Below, in pieces: positions 17,984-27,918 of a DNA stretch of 64,000 nt (its first letter is position 1; the number at the start of each line of letters is the position of its first letter). The stretch comes from Actinomycetota bacterium (GTDB lineage: Bacteria > Actinomycetota > Acidimicrobiia > Acidimicrobiales > Aldehydirespiratoraceae), in NCBI GenBank assembly GCA_039188975.1, contig JBCCYT010000004.1, positions 258 to 64,257 on the forward strand, in the 5' to 3' direction. The notes under the pieces are model-generated. The model did not search any database, was not told the DNA's origin, and was given only the letters and a program-made list of their open reading frames with translations. The translations under genes and the position numbers were made by a program.

Positions 17984-20269
17984 GTGCACGGGTCTCCGAT
18001 CGCAATCGTTGCCGCAAAGCTGCGGCCGCCGATGCTGGCCAACCATCTGATCGAACGCAGCGACCTGGTCGCCGCCGAACCCGCCCATCCGGTTGCGTTA
18101 GCGGCGATCGTTGCACCCGCGGGATACGGGAAGACCACCGTTGCCGCCCAAACCGTTGCCGCAACCGGCCGCCCGCCGGCCTGGCTCGCACTGGAACCGG
18201 CGGACGATGATCCAGTGCGCTTCTGGGCCTACGTTGCGGCTGCGCTCGACTCGGTCGGCGTCAACACGGCTGACGCAATCCAGCGGCTCGCCGCAGCACC
18301 GGATTCCATCGACGACGTCATCAACGCACTTCGCACCGCAATCGAGGCCTACGGCGCGCCGGTCGATCTCGTGCTCGATGATCTTCACGTGATCACTGAC
18401 GACGCCGTCATGGGTCCGCTCGGCGATCTTCTGCGCCACCCCATTCCCACCCTTCGGATCGTGGCCACGTCGCGGAGCGAACTGGCACTGCCGGTCGGCC
18501 GGCTCCGGGCCCAGGGCCTGTTGCAAGAGGCGCGGGTCAGCGACCTTGCCTTTGCGCCTCGCGATGCGGCGACGCTGCTGGCGACCACGTTCTCTCTCGA
18601 CGATCTCGACGCCGACGAACTCGAACTCGTCTACCAGCGGACCGAGGGTTGGCCGGTCGGGCTCTACCTCGCCGGAATCTCGCTGCGGGACCAACCGGAT
18701 CGTGCGGAGTCGATCGTCCGCTTCGCCGGCGATCGGCGCCATCTCAGCGAGTACCTCCAGACCGAGGTGCTCGATGATCTCGACGCCGACACACGGGCGT
18801 TCGCGCTCGCAACGAGCATCGTCGGAATTCTCGACCCGGATCTCTGTGATCACCTGACCGGTCATCCCGGGAGCCTGGCCCGGCTTCGTCGTCTGCTCGA
18901 CAGCAACGTCTTCATCAACGCGATCGACGAGTCGGCGACGACCTTTCGCTACCACCCGCTGTTTCAAGAGCACCTCGGTTCGATGCTGCAGGAGCTCCAT
19001 CCCGAGCTGATCCCGGAGTTTCACGGCCGGGCCTCGACGTGGTTTGAAGCTCGTGGCGACAACGACCGGGCGATCATGCATGCCGCTCGCGCAGGCGATC
19101 TCGACCGGGTGGCGGCGTTGATCACCGCGTCGTGGATGTCGTATGCGACCGCCGGGCCGGGGGCGTTCACCGCACTCGAGGGGTGGGTCCGACTTCTCGG
19201 CGATCGGGCGGGGCGCGAACCGCAGGTCGCGATGTTGATGGCGTGGGGCATGCTCAACCTCGGCCGATACGACGAACTCGACCAGTGGACGCACGCAGCG
19301 CAACGGGCGGCCGAGAACGACGCCGGGTTGACTCGACTGATCGAAATGCAGGTGGGCGCAGTGCGGAGTCATCTCGGCCGGCACCGCGGCGACATCGGGG
19401 CAATGGTCGTGGCGGCCGAGCATGCGCTGCTTCACGCAGCCATGGACGCAACGCCGTCCGGCCCCGAGGCAGACTCGCTGCTCGCCGGGGCCATTGGCAG
19501 CGCACTTGCGGCTGGCGCGGCTGCGGCGTTCTGGGCCGGGGACCTCTCGCTCGCTCATGATCGGGCCCTGATGGCGGTGAACCAGGCGGGTGTGACGGGC
19601 GAACCGTCGACCGTGGTCATCGGGTACACCTACCTGGCACTGGTCGCAGTCGAGCGGGGAGACTTCGACGAAGCGCTGGCTCACGCCGACCAAGCACTCA
19701 AGTGCGTTCCCGACGCTGCGGCCGAGCAGTTTCATCGACCGACGCTCGTGCACGTTGCCCGGGCCCGGAGTCTGCGCCACGGGGGTCGCCTGGCCGAGGC
19801 CCTGGCCGCCATCGAGACGGCCGAGCGGATCGAGGAGCGTTCACCCGAACAGCTCCATCAGGCGATCGTCGCGATCGAACGGAGCCTCGTCGTGCACGGG
19901 ATGGGCGACCGGACCGCTGCTCGCGCGGCGCTTCGGGCCGCCCGGTCGACCGCCGACACCTGCCCGGACGCACGACTCGACCCGCTGCTGCGCACGACCG
20001 AGAACGCCATCCGCTTCACCGTTGCCGACGCTGTCAACGCCGAAACAGGCATGCCGATCGGCGTTCGAGAGTTGACCGACAAAGAGCATGCGGTGCTGGC
20101 ACTCCTCCCTCATGGACTCGGTCGACGAGAGCTCGCTGCGCAACTGCATGTCTCGGAGAACACGATCAAGACGCACCTGACATCGATCCGCCACAAGCTC
20201 GGCGTGCCCGGACGCGGGGATGTCGTCGAACGAGCCCGCCAGCTGGGCCTGCTCGGCGAGACTCGCTGA
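17984..20269 (+). CDS. large ATP-binding LuxR-family regulator (MalT/LAL type)
   Basis: N-terminal KLRPP... then Walker A APAGYGKTT. It has a long helical TPR-like middle region and a C-terminal LuxR HTH (LTDKEHAVLALLPHGLGRRELAAQLHVSENTIKTHLTSIRHKLGV). Confidence 0.8.
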   Translation: MHGSPIAIVAAKLRPPMLANHLIERSDLVAAEPAHPVALAAIVAPAGYGKTTVAAQTVAATGRPPAWLALEPADDDPVRFWAYVAAALDSVGVNTADAIQRLAAAPDSIDDVINALRTAIEAYGAPVDLVLDDLHVITDDAVMGPLGDLLRHPIPTLRIVATSRSELALPVGRLRAQGLLQEARVSDLAFAPRDAATLLATTFSLDDLDADELELVYQRTEGWPVGLYLAGISLRDQPDRAESIVRFAGDRRHLSEYLQTEVLDDLDADTRAFALATSIVGILDPDLCDHLTGHPGSLARLRRLLDSNVFINAIDESATTFRYHPLFQEHLGSMLQELHPELIPEFHGRASTWFEARGDNDRAIMHAARAGDLDRVAALITASWMSYATAGPGAFTALEGWVRLLGDRAGREPQVAMLMAWGMLNLGRYDELDQWTHAAQRAAENDAGLTRLIEMQVGAVRSHLGRHRGDIGAMVVAAEHALLHAAMDATPSGPEADSLLAGAIGSALAAGAAAAFWAGDLSLAHDRALMAVNQAGVTGEPSTVVIGYTYLALVAVERGDFDEALAHADQALKCVPDAAAEQFHRPTLVHVARARSLRHGGRLAEALAAIETAERIEERSPEQLHQAIVAIERSLVVHGMGDRTAARAALRAARSTADTCPDARLDPLLRTTENAIRFTVADAVNAETGMPIGVRELTDKEHAVLALLPHGLGRRELAAQLHVSENTIKTHLTSIRHKLGVPGRGDVVERARQLGLLGETR

Positions 20270-20327
20270 GCACGGCGGCGTCACGCCACCCTTTCGGATT
20301 TCCAACAGGTGACAGTAGGGTCGCCTA

Positions 20328-21473
20328 ATGCCGATCCCCCGCGCGCTTGCGGTCCTCGTCGCAACCGCCCTCCTTGCGACAGCGTGCGGCGGCGACGGGT
20401 CGGCCGACGATGCAGTCACCGCCGACGCGTCGTCGTCTTCCGCCGCCGCAACGTCGGCATCGTCCAGCCCGAGCGCCACACCCGAAACGGAGGCCGACGC
20501 TGACGCGGTCAGCGACGACGCAGCCGACGAACCCGGTGAGCTTTCGGTGCCGGCCGTCGAACCGGTCGAGTTCCCGCTGACCATCAATGACGCGATTGGC
20601 CGGGAGGTCACCCTCGATGGGCCGGCCCGCATCGGGTGCTACTGGACGGGCTGCACCGAGATCCTCGCAAGTCTGGGCATCGTCCCGGCTGCTGCCGCGA
20701 TCCCCGGCGGCACGACCGAAGACGACGTCTTCTACTACCCGGTCGGACCACCGGAGTTCGTCATCACGAACATCAACGACTTCGAGGCGTGGTCCGGGGC
20801 TGACATCAACTTCGTCATCAACCGCGGGCCCGAGGGTGCCCAAGACGCGATCATCGACAACTTCGTCGGCCGGTTCTATCTCCATGCACCGGGTCTGACC
20901 GACACGAACCTCACGGGCTACGACGCCCACAGTGCCAACATCCGGCTCGTCGGCCAGATCCTCGGCATGCCCGAGGAAGCCGAGGCAGCGGTTGCACGAA
21001 TGGAGACCGCGATCGCCACCCTCGCCGCCCTCTCCACACCGGACTTGGCCGAGCGTTCCTTCGCGTACCTCTTCAACGGCGAGGGCTACCGGGTCATGAC
21101 TGACGAGACACCGTTCTGCGCCGCCATCGCTGACGCCGGCGTCGGCACCTGCCTGCCCCTGAGCGAAGGCGAGCTCAACGCCGAAGCGTTCCTCGAACTC
21201 GACCCCGACGTCATTGCGGTGCAGGCCGGGTTCAACGATGTGGGCTACACCACCGAGACCCGTGATGATCCGGTGTGGGAACGCCTGTCCGCGGTGCAGA
21301 ACGGCACCGCCTACGACAGTGACGACCGGCTCTACTGGTGCTGCGGTCCGCGATCGTTGATCTGGGCGCTTCAGGATTTCGCCGCCTATGCGATTCCCGA
21401 CTCCGGTATCCCGGCGCCCGGGCCGCTCGGCGAGTTCGATCCGACGACCAGTCCGCTCGTCACCGGCGGATGA
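20328..21473 (+). CDS. ABC transporter periplasmic-binding lipoprotein (siderophore/cobalamin PBP family), paralog 1
   Basis: Lipobox LLATAC-GG, a Ser/Ala/Asp-rich linker, then VEFPLTINDAIGREVTLDGPARIGC and a PBP-like body. Confidence 0.7.
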   Translation: MPIPRALAVLVATALLATACGGDGSADDAVTADASSSSAAATSASSSPSATPETEADADAVSDDAADEPGELSVPAVEPVEFPLTINDAIGREVTLDGPARIGCYWTGCTEILASLGIVPAAAAIPGGTTEDDVFYYPVGPPEFVITNINDFEAWSGADINFVINRGPEGAQDAIIDNFVGRFYLHAPGLTDTNLTGYDAHSANIRLVGQILGMPEEAEAAVARMETAIATLAALSTPDLAERSFAYLFNGEGYRVMTDETPFCAAIADAGVGTCLPLSEGELNAEAFLELDPDVIAVQAGFNDVGYTTETRDDPVWERLSAVQNGTAYDSDDRLYWCCGPRSLIWALQDFAAYAIPDSGIPAPGPLGEFDPTTSPLVTGG

Positions 21474-22558
21474 TGGTGCGGCGGCGAGGGGCAGCGATCG
21501 CGTTGGTGATCGCATTCGTGATCGCCGCATGCGGCACCAGCAGCCCAGACTCGACCGGCCCAGACTCCACCAGCCCAGACTCGACCAGCCTGGACTCCAC
21601 GACCTCCACGACCACCACCGAGGCTCCAGCGCCGACCGTTCCTCCTGTCGAGTTTCCGCTCACGATCACCGATGCGCTCGGTCGTGAGCACACCATCGAC
21701 GGACCGGCCCGACTCGGCTGCGTCACGAGCCGATGCCGAGAGATCCTCGGCGGGTTCGGTGTTGCGCCTGCAGCATCGCCGTACGAACCGAGCGACTTCT
21801 ACTTCCCGGTTGGGCCGCCGGAGTACGAGGTGAGCGATGTCGCTGATCTCGAAGCATGGTCTGGAGCAAACATCGACTTCGCCGTCTTCGGTGGTGTGCC
21901 TGCGCCGCCGGCCTCGTATACGCTGGTCGAGCAGTTCGTCACCATCTTCTATGTCCACACGCCGGGACAGACCAACACCGACGGGATGGACGGAATCGAA
22001 GCCGCCATCTGGAACACCCGAGCCCTCGGTCAGCTGCTCGACATGAACGTCGAAGCCGAGGCCGAGATCGCCCGGCTCGAGCAGGCGATTGCGACGGCGA
22101 GCACGTTCTCGACTCCCGAACGCGCAACCCGTTCCTTCGTCAGCTTGGCCAACGACCCGGGCTACCGCGAAGACGGCACCACCTCGACATCTGAGCCAGG
22201 GTCATTCTGCACGCTGCTGATCGAGGTCGGTCTCGGGGAGTGCATCGAACTCCCGACCGAGGATCGGGAGATGTCGGCGGAGGCGTTTCTCGCGCTCGAC
22301 CCCGACCTGATCGTCATGCACGACGGTGTGGATTCGGTCGCGACTCGCAGCGATCCGACCTGGCAGCGGCTCTCCGCCGTGCAGAACGGCACCGCGTTCG
22401 ATGGCCAAGGCAACGGGTACCGAACGATCGGCGTGCGCTCGATGATCTGGACGTTGCAGGAATTCATCCATCTGACCGTGCCGGACTCCGGCATCGACCA
22501 CCCAGGACCCCTCGATCGATTCGATCCGACCACCAGCCCCCTGGTCTTGAAGGACTGA
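21470..22558 (+). CDS. ABC transporter periplasmic-binding lipoprotein, paralog 2
   Basis: Start ATG 21470 overlaps the paralog 1 stop. It has lipobox VIAAC-G, a PDST-repeat linker, and VEFPLTITDALGREHTIDGPARLGC. Confidence 0.7.
   Translation: MMVRRRGAAIALVIAFVIAACGTSSPDSTGPDSTSPDSTSLDSTTSTTTTEAPAPTVPPVEFPLTITDALGREHTIDGPARLGCVTSRCREILGGFGVAPAASPYEPSDFYFPVGPPEYEVSDVADLEAWSGANIDFAVFGGVPAPPASYTLVEQFVTIFYVHTPGQTNTDGMDGIEAAIWNTRALGQLLDMNVEAEAEIARLEQAIATASTFSTPERATRSFVSLANDPGYREDGTTSTSEPGSFCTLLIEVGLGECIELPTEDREMSAEAFLALDPDLIVMHDGVDSVATRSDPTWQRLSAVQNGTAFDGQGNGYRTIGVRSMIWTLQEFIHLTVPDSGIDHPGPLDRFDPTTSPLVLKD
21542..21601 (+). repeat. four tandem 15-bp units encoding (PDSTx)4
   Basis: Read directly: agcccagactcgacc / ggcccagactccacc / agcccagactcgacc / agcctggactccacg. 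Confidence 0.85.
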
Positions 22559-22559
22559 C

Positions 22560-23750
22560 ATGCGGCCTCGTTTTCCCTCGATCATGCTCATGACCGTCGC
22601 CCTGATCGCGAGTGCGTGCGGTGGCGATGCCGACAGCGTCGCTTCAGATCCAGCTGCCAAGGCGTCTGCCGTCGTCGACGAGACGCCCGACGACACCGAG
22701 GACGAAGAAGGAGAAGGCCAAGACGTCGGAGCCGACGGCGCCGAAGCTGAGCCAGACACAGCCGGCGCGACCTCGGAGGAAGCCGGACTCGAAGACACGC
22801 CCGAAGACGGCGGCACCCCCGAGGACGAAGGCGCGCAGAGCTCAGCCGTCGAGTACCCGATCACGGTGGTCGATGCGATCGGCGTGGAACACACGATCGA
22901 CGGTCCGGTTCGGCTCGGCTGTGTCGCGAAGATCTGCACCGAGATCCTGGCCGGACTGGGGATGGCCCCGGCCGCGTCGACCTACCGGGAGGGCGAGCCG
23001 TTCTTCTATCCGCTCGGGCCGCCCGAGTTCGTCGTGACGAACAACAACGACATCGAGGCGTGGGCGGGGGCCGAACTCGACTTCGCTGTGTTCGGCGGGC
23101 CCAAGATCAGCTTCCACGAAACGGTCGAAGACGTGGTGCCGCTCTTCTTCTTGCACACTGCGGGGCGAACGGCACCTGATCTGACCGGGTACGAAGCGAT
23201 CTACGAGAGCACTCGGGCGATCGCCCAGCTCGTCGATCGGGTTGCCGAGGGCGAGCAGCTGATCGCCGATCTCGAAACCGCGATCGCGACGGCCCGAACC
23301 TTTTCCACGCCGGAGCTTGCCGACCGCACCTTCGTCAACCTCTTCAACGGCGAGGCCTATCTGCTCGAGATCGGCAACGCCGATGAGGTCGGTTCATGGG
23401 CGTTCTGTTCGGTGATCCTCGCCGCCGAACTCGGTGTCTGTGCCGAGGTCGACATCGCCGCCCAGGAGGTGAGCGCCGAGGCGTTTCTCGAGCTCGATCC
23501 CGACATCGTCGCCATGCAGGCCGGCGCGTTGACGGTCGAGACGCGCGACGATCCGGTCTGGGGCCGGATCTCCGCCGTGCAGAACGGTCTGGCCTACGAC
23601 AGCGTCAACAACGGCTACCGGTTCAGCAACATCCGTTCGCTCATCTGGTCGCTGCAGGAGTACGTGCACTTCACCGTCCCCGACGCCGGCATCCCTCATC
23701 CCGGCCTTCTCGCCGAGTTCGTACCGGAAGACAGCCCACTCGTCTCATGA
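22560..23750 (+). CDS. ABC transporter periplasmic-binding lipoprotein, paralog 3
   Basis: Lipobox LIASAC-GG, a very acidic linker of about 70 aa (DETPDDTEDEEGEGQD...), and VEYPITVVDAIGVEHTIDGPVRLGC. Confidence 0.7.
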   Translation: MRPRFPSIMLMTVALIASACGGDADSVASDPAAKASAVVDETPDDTEDEEGEGQDVGADGAEAEPDTAGATSEEAGLEDTPEDGGTPEDEGAQSSAVEYPITVVDAIGVEHTIDGPVRLGCVAKICTEILAGLGMAPAASTYREGEPFFYPLGPPEFVVTNNNDIEAWAGAELDFAVFGGPKISFHETVEDVVPLFFLHTAGRTAPDLTGYEAIYESTRAIAQLVDRVAEGEQLIADLETAIATARTFSTPELADRTFVNLFNGEAYLLEIGNADEVGSWAFCSVILAAELGVCAEVDIAAQEVSAEAFLELDPDIVAMQAGALTVETRDDPVWGRISAVQNGLAYDSVNNGYRFSNIRSLIWSLQEYVHFTVPDAGIPHPGLLAEFVPEDSPLVS

Positions 23751-24823
23751 CCGACATCGTTTCTGGCCGTGCCGCGGCAGACGCCGCCGACGAAGCGGAG
23801 CAGCCAACCGGCACGGCCCGACGCAAGCTCGGGCTCGGCTGGCTGCTGCTCGCATGCCTCGGGATCATCGCCGTGTGTACGCTGCTGCAGCTCACCCGTG
23901 GCGAGCCGAGTCTCTCGATCAACGAGATGATCGATGCCCTGCGCGGCGACCAGAGCGACACGGCGTCGTTCGTGGTGCAGGAGCTGCGGGCCCCGAGACT
24001 GATCGCCGGCATCGTCATCGGCGCTGCGCTCGGCGCGGCCGGCGTGCTGATGCAGGACTCGCTGCGCAACCCGCTGGCCGATCCGTCGCTACTCGGGGTC
24101 GCCCAAGGTGCGTCATTCGCGGTTGCGATCGTCACTTTCTACCCCGAGATCGCGCCGCCACTCCCCCGACCGATCCTCGCCCTGATCTCCGGCACGGCCA
24201 CCGGCCTCCTCGTCGTCGTGATCGCCGGCAAGCTCCGAGATCCCATCCGGCTGCTGCTCGCCGGCGCAGTGGCATCAGCGTTCTTCGGCACGCTCACGTC
24301 GCTCGTCATCCTCTTCGCGCCCGAAGACCGCCTCGGCAACGTCGCCGGCTACCAACGCTTCGTCATCGGCTCGCTGAGCACCATGCAGTGGGAGACCGTG
24401 TGGCGAGTCGTGCCGTGGAGCTTGCCCGCCATTCCGCTGGTGTTCATCGCTGGCCGGGTGCTCAACGTCTTGAAGCTCGGCGACGACGTCGCCGTCACGA
24501 TGGGCCTCGACCCCGGCCGGGCCCGCATCGCGCTGATGTTGATCGCGATGGCGCTCGTCGCCCCCGGCTACGCGTTCGCCGGCCCGATCGCCTTCGTTGC
24601 CCTTCTCGCACCGCACATCGCCCGAGGTGCACTTCGATCGTCCGACGCTCGACCGGTCCTCGTCGGAGCAGCAGCGCTCGGCGCGACCCAGCTGATCGCC
24701 GCCGACGCGCTCGGACGACTCCTGCTGTTCCCATCGGAGATCCCCGCGGGGATCTGGACGATCGGCATCGCTGGGCTTCCCGCCATGTACTTCGTCGGCC
24801 GCATCCGGAGAACCGCCGCATGA
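23747..24823 (+). CDS. FecCD-family ABC permease
   Basis: ATGA overlap with the paralog 3 stop. Contains typical FecCD blocks (LRAPRLIAGIVIGAALGAAGVLMQ, NPLADPSLLGV). Confidence 0.85.
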   Translation: MTDIVSGRAAADAADEAEQPTGTARRKLGLGWLLLACLGIIAVCTLLQLTRGEPSLSINEMIDALRGDQSDTASFVVQELRAPRLIAGIVIGAALGAAGVLMQDSLRNPLADPSLLGVAQGASFAVAIVTFYPEIAPPLPRPILALISGTATGLLVVVIAGKLRDPIRLLLAGAVASAFFGTLTSLVILFAPEDRLGNVAGYQRFVIGSLSTMQWETVWRVVPWSLPAIPLVFIAGRVLNVLKLGDDVAVTMGLDPGRARIALMLIAMALVAPGYAFAGPIAFVALLAPHIARGALRSSDARPVLVGAAALGATQLIAADALGRLLLFPSEIPAGIWTIGIAGLPAMYFVGRIRRTAA

Positions 24824-25890
24824 TGACCCAAGACGACTTCGGCGCGCTGATGGGCGGCCACCGTCGCCGGCCGGTCCGAGCGATGGTGATCCTGGGGATC
24901 GGCAGCCTCGTCGCCTGGAGCCTGTCGGTGCGCTACTCGTACGGCCAGATCACCCTGAGCCCGGCCGCCGCGTATCGCGGTCTCTTCGAAACCGACGACG
25001 CCACCTTCCCGGAGATCATCGCCGTACTCGCCCGCATGCCGAGAGCCACGATGGCGATCCTCATCGGTGGCGGCCTCGGCATCGCCGGAGCCCTACTCCA
25101 GTCGGTGTACCGCAACCCGCTCGCTGGCCCGGGGATCACCGGCGTCAGTCCGGGAGCCACGACGGCCGTGATCCTCTGGGTCTTCTACGGGCCGGCAATC
25201 GACTCGGCGACCCAGGCCAACCTGACCCCGCTCGTCGCGGTCGCCGGGGGCGCACTCACCAGCCTCATCACCTTCGGTATCGCCAGCATGGCGGGCAAGG
25301 CCGACCCGATGCGGCTGATCCTGATCGGCATCCTGTTCGGTGGACTGCTCGGCATCGTCACCCAGCTGATCCTGCTCAACGCCGGTCAGAACGCCGTCTT
25401 CATCCTTCGCTGGCTGGCGGGCAGCATCGAGATCGTCGGTTGGCAACAGGTTCGGATCGTCGCCATCGCGCTGCTGCTGCTCTCACCACTGGTCGTGTAC
25501 TCGGTGTCGCTCGGGAACGTGCTGGCCCTCGGCGACGACCTCGCCCACGGTGTCGGCGAGCGGGTCACCCGAGCCCGGTTCATCATGCTGTTCACGGCCG
25601 CCGCGATCACGGCCGTGTCGGTTGCGTTCGTCGGCGGCATGATCTTCGTCGGGCTGATCGCGCCACACATCGCTCGTCGCTATGTCGGGGGCGACATGCG
25701 GCGACTGGTGCCCGCCGCCGCCATGACCGGCACGAGCCTCGTCATCGTCGCCGACCTGGCCGCGCGCAGCCTTCGGCCCGCTGAGTGGAACCTGCCGTTC
25801 CCCGTCAGCGCCGCGACCTTGCCCACCGGCATGATCCTCACCCTGATCGGGGCGGTCTTCTTCGCCCGGGTCGTCAGGAGAACCCCGTGA
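24820..25890 (+). CDS. FecCD-family ABC permease
   Basis: ATGA overlap with the previous gene. Contains RMPRATMAILIGGGLGIAGALLQSVYRNPLAGPGITGV. Confidence 0.85.
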   Translation: MMTQDDFGALMGGHRRRPVRAMVILGIGSLVAWSLSVRYSYGQITLSPAAAYRGLFETDDATFPEIIAVLARMPRATMAILIGGGLGIAGALLQSVYRNPLAGPGITGVSPGATTAVILWVFYGPAIDSATQANLTPLVAVAGGALTSLITFGIASMAGKADPMRLILIGILFGGLLGIVTQLILLNAGQNAVFILRWLAGSIEIVGWQQVRIVAIALLLLSPLVVYSVSLGNVLALGDDLAHGVGERVTRARFIMLFTAAAITAVSVAFVGGMIFVGLIAPHIARRYVGGDMRRLVPAAAMTGTSLVIVADLAARSLRPAEWNLPFPVSAATLPTGMILTLIGAVFFARVVRRTP

Positions 25891-26711
25891 CCGAAACCGA
25901 ACCGACCGTCACGGCGCTGTCCGCCGGCGCGATCCACGCCGGCTACGGCGCGGCGAAGATCCTCGACGACGTTGACATGGATGCCATGCGGGGCAAGATC
26001 ACGGTGCTGGTCGGGCCCAATGGTTGCGGGAAGTCGACCCTGCTGCGGGTATGCAGCCGACTGCTCGACCCGACCGAGGGATCGGTGGTGATCGATGGCG
26101 ATGACGTCGCCGCACTCGGCATGCGCGAGCTCGCCCGACGCATGGCGGTGCTCCCCCAGGCGCCGAACACCCCGCCCCACTTCACCGTTCGCGAACTCGT
26201 CGAGCAGGGGCGATACGCCCACATCGGGCCGCTCGGCATGCTGCGTCGCCACGACGACGAAGCCATCGACCGGGCGATCGAACGCTCCGGCATGTTGGCC
26301 TACGAGCACCGCGACGTCGACACCTTGTCAGGCGGCGAACGGCAGCGGGCCTGGTTCGCGCTCGCGCTCGCCCAGGACACCCCGCTGCTCGTCCTCGACG
26401 AACCGACCACCCACCTCGACATCGGTGCCCAATGGGACGTGCTCGAGCTGGTGCAGGAACTCAACGCCGACCACGGGGTGACCGTGCTGGCCGTCCTCCA
26501 CGACCTCAACCACGCCGCGACGATCGCCGATCACATGGTGGTGCTGCAGTCGGGACGGGTCGTGCGTTCAGGCCCGCCGTGGGAGGCGCTCGATCAGCAG
26601 ATCCTGGCTGACGTCTTTGGTGTCGACGCCACGATCACACCCGACCCTCGAACCGGCGTACCGGTCATCATCCAGCACGGCACCGCCAAGCGGGCCGGCC
26701 TCACGGCCTGA
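25887..26711 (+). CDS. ABC transporter ATP-binding protein (FecE/FhuC-like)
   Basis: GTGA overlap with the previous gene. Has Walker A GPNGCGKSTLL, signature LSGGERQR, and Walker B LLVLDEPT. Confidence 0.9.
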   Translation: MTETEPTVTALSAGAIHAGYGAAKILDDVDMDAMRGKITVLVGPNGCGKSTLLRVCSRLLDPTEGSVVIDGDDVAALGMRELARRMAVLPQAPNTPPHFTVRELVEQGRYAHIGPLGMLRRHDDEAIDRAIERSGMLAYEHRDVDTLSGGERQRAWFALALAQDTPLLVLDEPTTHLDIGAQWDVLELVQELNADHGVTVLAVLHDLNHAATIADHMVVLQSGRVVRSGPPWEALDQQILADVFGVDATITPDPRTGVPVIIQHGTAKRAGLTA

Positions 26712-26714
26712 CGA

Positions 26715-27800
26715 TCAGGTCTTGCGCCAGTAGCCGACAAGCGTCACCTGCGACGCCGGAATCTCCAGCTCGCGCCGCAGATACTTGCGGACCGATGTCA
26801 TCGTCCGTGACTCACCCGCACCGAAGACCTGGATGTCGTCGACCCGCTCGGTGATCAACGCCCGGGCCCGATCGACGAGTGCGGTTCCCGTGCCGGGTTC
26901 GGTGTCGCCTCGGTGGCACCAGTGCACGGTCACACCGGGGCGGTCGGTGAGGTCGAATTCGGCGGCGCCGTCAGCGATCTCCATCACGATGTCGGCTGGC
27001 ACATCGGTCGGCAGCTCGTCGAGCGACGCAAGGGTGGCAGCCGCGCCGGTTTCGTCACACACACCGACGAATCGGGAGACGCCGGTCAGGTTCTCGCCCG
27101 CCCGCCGAGGACCCCACACGGTGATCGAATCGCCAACCGATGCAGTCGCGGCCCAGCCGCCGATCGTGTGGGGGTCGTCGCCGTGCAACGCCACCCAGAC
27201 CTCGATGGTTTTCGCGTCCGGGTCGTAACGGCGCACCGAGTAGGTCGCCCCTTTCGGCCGGACGTCGGGGTCCATGGCCTGCAACTCCGACAGCCGAATC
27301 ACGTCGGGGATCGGTCGTCCCGGCAGATCGAGGAAGAGCGTCATCGACTGATCACCGCCCTTGTGATCCCAGCCTTCGACCGGACCGAGGGTGAACGCTC
27401 GCAGCTGGGCGTTGAGATCGACCGTCTGTTGGATGGTGCAGCGGTAGGTGCCCTGCAGCTCGTTGTTCGCCAGGCTGGCCTCGATCTTGGTCAGGGGATC
27501 GTCGGGGCGAGCGGCGCGGGCCTGATGGAGCAAATCGAGCAGCGCGTGTTCGAGACCACCCAGATCGGCAATCGGTTCGGCGAAATCGAACCGGACCGGG
27601 CGGGTTCCCGCAGGGGTGGTGACCTCGGCGTCGGCCCCACGCGGATCGATGCCCAGCAACGTTGCGTCGGCGATGTCGTCGTCGGCCTCGTACCACCGGC
27701 TCACGAAGGCGAAGGCATCGGAGAAGCCCTCGTTGATCAAATCGAGAATGCCGTCGATCTGATCAGCGGTTTCGGCGTCGAACGCAGCGGGCTCGGTCAT
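26715..27800 (-). CDS. siderophore-interacting (ferric-reductase) FAD-binding protein with an extra N-terminal domain of about 115 aa
   Basis: SIP-type core (YSVRRYDPDAKTIEVWVALHGDDPHTIGGWAATASVGDSITVWGPRR ... VFGAGESRTMTSVRKYLR). The start is ATG 27800. The N-terminal extension may be DUF2470-like, but that is unverified. Confidence 0.7.
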   Translation of the reverse strand: MTEPAAFDAETADQIDGILDLINEGFSDAFAFVSRWYEADDDIADATLLGIDPRGADAEVTTPAGTRPVRFDFAEPIADLGGLEHALLDLLHQARAARPDDPLTKIEASLANNELQGTYRCTIQQTVDLNAQLRAFTLGPVEGWDHKGGDQSMTLFLDLPGRPIPDVIRLSELQAMDPDVRPKGATYSVRRYDPDAKTIEVWVALHGDDPHTIGGWAATASVGDSITVWGPRRAGENLTGVSRFVGVCDETGAAATLASLDELPTDVPADIVMEIADGAAEFDLTDRPGVTVHWCHRGDTEPGTGTALVDRARALITERVDDIQVFGAGESRTMTSVRKYLRRELEIPASQVTLVGYWRKT

Positions 27801-27918
27801 GAGTTCACTCCAAGGGGCGTCGGTGATTCGGTGAACGCTGCGACGTCTCCGTGAGCATGGCACAGAAGCGAACGAGCGGCTGTGGAAGGGGTCAGACCAC
27901 CGTCGGGTTTCCTTCTCC

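Noticed and set aside
18098-19780. A 560-aa minus-strand ORF inside the LuxR/MalT-type regulator gene
   Set aside because: It is antisense to a gene with Walker A and LuxR HTH motifs, and it has no recognisable domains of its own.
20270-20327. A cobalamin riboswitch upstream of the PBP/FecCD cluster
   Set aside because: The leader is only 58 nt, far shorter than a B12 riboswitch, and I saw no B12-box-like sequence.
20310-20328. A possible IdeR/DtxR iron box (TGACAGTAGGGTCGCCTAA) overlapping the first PBP start codon
   Set aside because: Only about 12 of 19 positions match the TTAGGTTAGGCTAACCTAA consensus I recall, and only one half-site is convincing. This is too weak to call without a genome-wide matrix scan.
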